Positions 56,712 through 64,000 of a DNA stretch of 64,000 nt are shown here, piece after piece. Within the stretch, counting starts at the first letter, position 1; each line of letters begins with the position of its first letter. Below the pieces are notes generated by a model. It was not told where the DNA came from. It ran no database searches and saw nothing but the letters and a program-made list of their open reading frames with translations. This stretch comes from the human T2T-CHM13v2.0 reference genome, Homo sapiens, in NCBI RefSeq assembly GCF_009914755.1, contig NC_060926.1; one strand, written 5' to 3'. The position numbers and the translations under genes were made by a program.

Positions 56712-57561
56712 GAAAGGCCATGGTCCAGAGGTGGCCACCATGAGGACTTCCATGATCACCAAAGTCACACTGGAGGCTTTGGTCATGAGCAGAATGAATG
56801 TGAGAACTGGGTTAATGTCAGTGAAATCGGAAGCTTGTTCATCAGCATGATGGTAGGATTGGGCTCTCACTGGTGAAATATAAGTTATTTGAGATGCAGG
56901 GATTAGCTAAAATATTTAGAGAAACTCTCACACTTCTCAAGAGTGTATTAGAATCTTGCGAGGCCGCAGCCTGTATCTTAGTAGGGCTTGATTCGAAACA
57001 ACCCCACATCCAGTCATTGGGTCAGGTGATTGTGATGGCCTGATACTCACTACAATGGGAACAGAATGCTGCCACAGAACACTGCCACATCTGCTTCAAG
57101 TAAATCTGTGCAAGGTGATAGTTAAAACACCAAAAAGGACAGATTGCTGGAATGTTGTCAAGCTTACAAAACACGTTGTATAAAATGTTTTGTGTCTGCT
57201 TCAATGAATGTTTGCATAGCAAATGTCTGTATGTGTGGAAAATTTTGGTCTGAATTTTGCATTTGTTATAATCTATTCTCAAGGTTGAGGGAATAGCTAA
57301 CACTCACCTCACAAAGAACCCAAGAGTTAGTATTTAGTATATACAAATTGCCTTGGGTCAGTCTGCAGTGAAATTTTGTATATTAATTTCTAACACTGGA
57401 CAATGATGTCTAGAATACCTGAGAGTCTACGATAGATGCTTAATAAATAAATATTTATGGAACACAGGTATCATATTTTGCATTAGATTCCCAGTACACT
57501 GTAGTGAAACTACATTCTCTAATGAGAAAAACACAGCAGAAGCTATATTAGAGCAAATCTG

Positions 57562-57857
<296 letters not shown>

Positions 57858-57904
57858 GCAAATCTGGAAAATATAGAAATTTTCAAAGAAAACATTCTAT
57901 TCAT

Positions 57905-58205
57905 TTATTTTTTACAGACAGCATCTCACTCTGTTGCCCAAGCTGGAGTGCAGTGGCACTATCTTGTCTCACTGTATCCTTGAACTCCTGGGCTCAAGTG
58001 ATCCTCCTGACTCAGCCTCCTGAGTAACCAGGACTACAGGTGTGTGCCACCATGCCCAGCTAATTCTTTTTTTTTTTTTTTTTAAATAGAGATAGGGTCT
58101 CCCTATGCTACCCAGGCTGGTCTCGAACTCCTGGTTTCAAGCAATCCTCTCACCTCAGGCCCCCAAAGTGCTGGGATTACAGGCATAAGCCACCACACCC
58201 AGCCC
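57905..58205 (-). mobile_element. AluJ
   Basis: Reverse Alu directly after the previous one. Confidence 0.92.
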
Positions 58206-59079
58206 ATAGAAAAGACTTTAAAAATCACTCAAAATCTTACTTCCTAGAGATATAATAGCCATTACCCTTTTTGCAGTCTAGTTTTAAATGTAAATAGTAT
58301 ATTTTTTACTCTTTGATAATCTGTCTTTTCCTCTGCTTAATATATATAAACATTTACACATTATAGTATTGTTTTTATCTTAATGTGCAGGAGTTGAATT
58401 TCAAACCAAGATTAACAATAGTGATGATATAGGGATACTTACCTTTTTCTGACTTTCAGGGAAATGCACTTAACAATGCTTCATCATTAAGTGTGATATG
58501 GCTATTAATTTGAGCTATTCTTCTATTCAAATAAGAATTTACATATTAGTTATATTTACTAAATATAAGTGTATATTTATGTATTAAACCAGGAATGAAT
58601 AGTGGATTTTACCCAATGCATTTTCAGTACCTATTAAGATGATCACATGACTTGTGATTATTAACTCAATTGCTATTTGAGTAAATATAAGACAAGCACA
58701 TAACATAAGCAAGTGAAGTGGGGTCAAGAAGTAATAAATTAGAGACCTGGCAAATTGGAGAGTCAGGCCCCATTTCAGGAGGCCACCAGCTACTCAGCAC
58801 TAACTTTTATCTGTTGCACAATGAAAATGTTGCTAGTTGCTTTAATTTTTAAAATTAAAAAATTTAAAAAATTTTTAAATTTTTAAGGATTTTTATTAGA
58901 ATTTCACAATTTTGTAGTATTTTGTGGCCCCTTCCTCCCAGGAAAAGAACATTATAGTCTTAGAGCTGGATAAGTACTAATTGGCAAGCTTTGTTTTAAG
59001 TCTCTTTCAAAAGTGCAGAATTGGACTTTATTATTATTGAACAAATTTGCAGACTCACACTTAATCAAAACTGATAATG

Positions 59080-59177
59080 GGCTGGGTGTGGTGGCTAATG
59101 CCTGTAATCCCAGTACTTTGGGAGGCTGAGGTGGGCAGATCACCTGAGGTCAGAAGTTCGAGACCAGCCTGGCCAAC
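59080..59177 (+). mobile_element. Alu left-arm fragment
   Basis: ggctgggtgtggtggct...gagaccagcctggccaac, then abrupt end. Confidence 0.88.
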
Positions 59178-59843
59178 CCCTTCCTCTCTGTGTATATATG
59201 TATATATGCAGGTATATGTGAGTGTGTGTAGATATAAATACACACACACGCACCTTGTTTTTGTTTTTTGTTTGGTTGTGTTTAATTACTTAAGATCAAA
59301 CTCCTTCCCTTGCAAACAAGGACATTCCAATTTCATATCCAAATTCCATTTTCTAGCTAATTTGTATGACTCATTTCTCCTTGACCATATCTGTATATTC
59401 TGGTCTTAGTTCCTTTGCTTATGTTCTGTTTTTTTTCTGGCTCCTTCTCCTTCTCCTATCTTGCCTTTTGAAATAATACCTACCTTCCAAGAATCAGCCT
59501 TCTTTATGACATTTTTCCTGATTATACTCCCAGAAACACTCCCTCCCTCCTCTGAATTCCCAAGGCCCTTCCTTGCCTATATTCTAGATTTTCTGCCATA
59601 CATTGCTGTTGGACTTTATTAAACAAAGGGTAGGGAATACATCTCATTCATTTTTAGATTCCTCATAGTGTCTGCACATTAAGAGTGCTTAATGTTCCAT
59701 GACTGCTAAGCACCAAATGACCTTTTAGATAATAAAACATGTCCATTTTTTTTCCAACAGAGAGTGAGGGTAAGAACATGTCAATTTTGAATATCTAGAG
59801 GACATCAAATTCAGCATAGAAATTCTCATTCTTAAAGTATTAC

Positions 59844-59986
59844 CTGAACTGGTCCGTTAAAAAGTGAAGAAATTCCTTTATTTCATCCACATGGCTGAAG
59901 CTAGAAAGGTGTGCTCCAAGGGCTTGGCAGAATCGTTCAGCTTCTTCCCAGTTCCTCTTTCTTACAATTCTTTCTGCATGGAATAC
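59844..59986 (-). CDS. LY75: LY75 exon ~13 (CTLD4)
   Basis: 143 nt, phase 0->2; [47 protein letters not shown]; AAG acceptor, GTAATA donor. Confidence 0.96.
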
Positions 59987-60506
59987 CTTAGCAAAATATA
60001 ATATTAATTTGTTTTCTGGTATTATCATAAAGTATTTCATAGTGCTAAAGTCAATTACTGTCACATGTGTGGGCCCCTGAAATGAATTCTTAAAGGTGTA
60101 GTGAAGGCATAGGTAAATGCACATATACTGAGACACAGACAGGTCCTGCTGAAAGTGTCAATTCAACTAAAGGCCAGCACAGATGCCAGTCCTTGTGGTC
60201 AGATGGATGGCCTTCCTCAGCCAGGCTGGGGAACTATTCCAACAAGATCCACGTTCTCCTGTATTCCTAGGACCTTGAAAGATAAAATGAACCAGGAGGC
60301 AAGGCTGTAAAGGATACATATAAATGCTTTGGGAGTAGCCTTTGGCAAAGAAATGTGCTAACAATAGAAATTTCGAATATAAGACACAGTGACCCACACA
60401 AAAATAGCACTATTTTCTGACGAGGAACAACCAAAGAGCAGTCTGCACTGGTGTGTGAATATTGACAGAAAGTGGCAAAAGTAAACCTGGAACTTGGGCT
60501 GTTTCA

Positions 60507-60600
60507 AAAGAAGAAGAAAGGAGAAAAAGAAAGAAGAAGAAAGAAGAAAGAAGAAAGAAGAAAAAGAGGAGGAGGAGGAGGCAGAGGAGGAAGAAGAGAT
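60507..60600. repeat. Polypurine (GAA/GAAA/GAG)n tract
   Basis: ~93 nt almost entirely A/G. Confidence 0.9.
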
Positions 60601-60610
60601 GATGACACAA

Positions 60611-61079
60611 TGACAGGATGAATTATATTTGTCCCAATTCTTCAGTTCCTTGTAATATAATTAGATGGTCTTGCCACAGCCCCCTGGTGGGCGGAGTATA
60701 CTTCTTTGTACCTTGGCATGGGGCTTGGCCATATGACTTACTGTGTTGATGGGATATTAGTGAAGGTAAACTGAGCAGAGGCCTGAAATGTGCTTATATG
60801 GTTGGCTTGCCTTCTTGGGCTCCAGTGATATACCATGAGAACAACAAACCCCTGTGAGCTGTTGCCCTTTTAGCCTGAGCTCTAGAAGGAAGGGCTGGAG
60901 CCCAGCACAGCTGACCTGAAGTTGGGAGCAGAGGTCACCATTCAAGCCCAAACTAGATCAGTCAAACTCTAGCTGGCCTGAAGATCTGTGAGAATGTGAG
61001 GCTAAATGTTTGTTGTCATAGCCACCGAATTTTGGGATGGCATCTAGTGGTTTGTTTATGGAACTAGCTGACTGATGCA
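60611..61079 (+). mobile_element. MLT1 (H-like) MaLR LTR
   Basis: gggcttggccatatgactt, tgtgcttatatggttggcttgcc, aaatgtttgttgtcatagccac...tttggg, tagctgactgatgca. Confidence 0.75.
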
Positions 61080-61085
61080 GACCAA

Positions 61086-63330
61086 ATATATATATAAATA
61101 TATATACATATAATAAAAATACACATAAATATATACATTTTGTAAAAATATACATAAATATATACATTTTGTAAAAATATACATAAATATATACATATAG
61201 TAAAAATACATATAAACGTATATATTTTGTAAAAATACATATAAACGTATATATTTTGTAAAAATACATATAAACGTATATATTTTGTAAAAATACATAT
61301 AAACGTATATATTTTGTAAAAATACATATAAACGTATATATTTTGTAAAAATACATATAAACGTATATATTTTGTAAAAATACATATAAACGTATATATT
61401 TTGTAAAAATACATATAAACGTATATATTTTGTAAAAATACATATAAACGTATATATTTTGTAAAAATACATATAAACGTATATATTTTGTAAAAATACA
61501 TATAAACGTATATATTTTGTAAAAATATATAAACGTATATATTTTGTAAATATATAAACGTATATATATTTTGTAAATATATAAACGTATATATATTTTG
61601 TAAATATATATAAAGTATATATATTTTGTAAATATATATAAACGTATATATATTGTAAATATATATAAATATATTGTAAATATATATAGTAAATATATAT
61701 AAATATATTGTAAATATATATATTGTAAATATATATAAATATATTGTAAATATATATATTGTAAATATATATAAATATATTGTAAATATATGTTTTGTAA
61801 ATATATAAATATATATATGTTTTGTAAATATATATAAATATATATATGTTTTGTAAATATATATAAATATATGTTTTGTAAATATATATAAATATATATG
61901 TTTTGTAAATATACATAAATATATATGTTTTGTAAATATATATAAATATATATATGTTTTGTAAATATATAAATATATATTTTGTAAATATATATATATT
62001 TTGTAAATATATATATATTTTGTAAATATATATTGTAAATATATATAAATATATATTTTGTGAATTATATATATATTGTAAATTATATATATATTTTGTA
62101 AATATATATAGTAAATATATATATTTTGTAAATATGTATATATATTTTGTAAATATATATATTTTGTAAATATGTATATATATTTTGTAAATATATACAT
62201 TTTGTAAATATATAAATATATACATTTTGTAAATATATAAAAATATATACATTTTGTAAATATATAAAAATATATGTTGTAAATATATAAAAATATATAT
62301 ATTTTGTAAATATATAAATATATATATTTTGTAAATATATATATATTTTGTAAATATATATAAATATATACATATTTTGTAAATATATAAATATATACAT
62401 ATTTTGTAAATCTATATAAATATATACATATTTTGTAAATCTATATAAATATATACATATTTTGTAAATCTATATAAATATATACATATTTTGTAAATCT
62501 ATATAAATATATACATATTTTGTAAATCTATATAAATATATACATATTTTGTAAATCTATATAAATATATACATATTTTGTAAATCTATATAAATATATA
62601 CATATTTTGTAAATCTATATAAATATATACATATTTTGTAAATCTATATAAATATATACATATTTTGTAAATCTATATAAATATATACATATTTTGTAAA
62701 TCTATATAAATATATACATATTTTGTAAATATATATAAATATATACATATTTTGTAAATCTATATAAATATGTACATATTTTGTAAATATATATAAATAT
62801 GTACATATTTTGTAAATATATATAAAGATATATATTTTGTAAATATATATAAATATATATATTTTGTAAATATATATAAATATATATATTTTGTAAATAT
62901 ATATATAGTAAATATATGTAAATATATATATTTTGTAAATATATATATATTTTGTAAATATATGTAAATATATATATTTTGTAAATATATGTAAATATAT
63001 ATATTTTGTAAATATATGTAAATATATATATTTTGTAAATATATGTAAATATATATATTTTGTAAATTTATGTAAATATATATATTTTGTAAATATATGT
63101 ATATATATATATTTTGTAAATATATATACATATATATTTTGTAAATATATAAACATATATATTTTGTAAATATATTTATAAATATATATATTGTAAATAT
63201 ATTTATAAATATATTTATAATATATATAGTAAATATGTTTATAAATATATATATTGTATATATAAATATATATATTTGTATATATACACACAAATATATA
63301 TATGTTTGTAAAAGTGTAAATATATATACA
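61086..63330. repeat. ~2.2-kb AT-rich minisatellite (core ATAT...TTTTGTAAA, ~17-31-bp units)
   Basis: 11 perfect copies of aaatacatataaacgtatatattttgtaa (61204-61522), 11 of atctatataaatatatacatattttgtaa (62410-62728), degenerate units elsewhere. Confidence 0.97.
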
Positions 63331-63693
63331 CTTTTTTTACATTATTAGGAGTGCTGGAGCTGTTAATTTGACAACAAGAATTAGAGGAATATGAGGATCA
63401 TAGGCATAGTGGCAGTATGGCATATAGTACACCAACTTACTGGGAAAAAAAGACGTTGGGGTGGAGCCACTTCTGGCTTTGGGCCTGCCCTTTCAGGTAG
63501 GACACGTGCAGGGTGTGGGGCTGAGGCACCTCACACCAGAGGTTCAGCGATGCCCTGCCAAGGACTCTGTGCTCCAGAGCACTTTAGTTAGGTTACATAG
63601 TACTATGGAGAAGAGCATAATTTGTACAAGGACATGAACAAGGGTAGTGGAAAAATAACTTCATTGAAGGATAGAATGAGAATGTCACTTTAC

Positions 63694-63893
63694 CTTATAA
63701 CAAGAAAGACTTGCGGGGAAACTCTGCCAGCCTTCAGGACAGGGGTCATCAGGCTTAGGGGATGCTTCTTCAGGCCCAAGGGGTCCACTCATTTTCTTGC
63801 AAATTGAAAGTGCTTTGAAGCTTCTGCAGTCCTTCACCTCCCACTTTCCAACAGACTTTCCAGTAGACATAGCCACGCAGCCGCCCGGGGAAG
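63694..63893 (-). CDS. LY75: LY75/DEC-205 coding exon ~12 (end of CTLD3, linker, start of CTLD4)
   Basis: CAG acceptor, GTAAAG donor; 200 nt, phase 1->0; (A)SPGGCVAMSTGKSVGKWEVKDCRSFKALSICKK...PCPEGWQSFPASLSCYK matches recalled human LY75. Confidence 0.97.
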
Positions 63894-64000
63894 CTGGGAT
63901 TGAAGTGGAAAGCTCAATTAAAAATTAAAACGTTAAAGTTCAAACATTTTCTAGTGTTTCTACTCTTTACTTCAGCCAAGTTGGGGAGAGAGAATAAAAA

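Noticed and set aside
58843-58886. AT-only quasi-palindrome
   Set aside because: Low-complexity A/T runs; such symmetry is expected by chance
61204-62728. Regular 29-bp repeats superficially like a CRISPR array
   Set aside because: Units are contiguous with no unique spacers, there are no cas genes, and the context is a primate intron
60958-63293. Long Y/I/K/F-rich ORFs (398, 378, 215, 177, 161 aa)
   Set aside because: Translations of the AT minisatellite; the 29-aa periodicity equals three 29-bp units cycling through frames; no splice or coding signature

Overview
Eukaryotic, primate (very probably human) genomic DNA lying entirely inside LY75 (DEC-205/CD205, mannose-receptor family), which is transcribed on the minus strand. 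I traced 20 consecutive GT-AG exons from 63893 down to 2763. They join in phase into one stop-free 2775-nt (925-codon) frame running from the end of C-type lectin-like domain (CTLD) 3 through CTLD9. Exon numbers (about 12-31), residue numbers and CTLD boundaries come from my recollection of the human reference. The introns are full of interspersed repeats: a dead full-length 6.4-kb L1PA with a 20-bp TSD, more than 20 Alus, MaLR solo LTRs, Tigger/Charlie DNA-transposon relics, L1M/L2/MIR fragments and a 2.2-kb AT-rich minisatellite. The most unusual items are four. (1) A ~128-bp locally templated inverted copy sits inside a Tigger3-like element and brackets the frame-shifting 82-nt exon 14. (2) A ~168-bp-arm fold-back rebuilt the right end of a MER2 element and includes its flank. 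(3) An ancient CEP57 retrocopy, split by an MLT1 LTR, seems to derive from an exon-2-skipped mRNA. (4) A THE1 LTR has a TSD that overlaps the exon 27 splice donor. No prokaryote-type system (CRISPR etc.) is present. Repeat family names are from memory of consensus sequences, and boundaries of old repeats are approximate.
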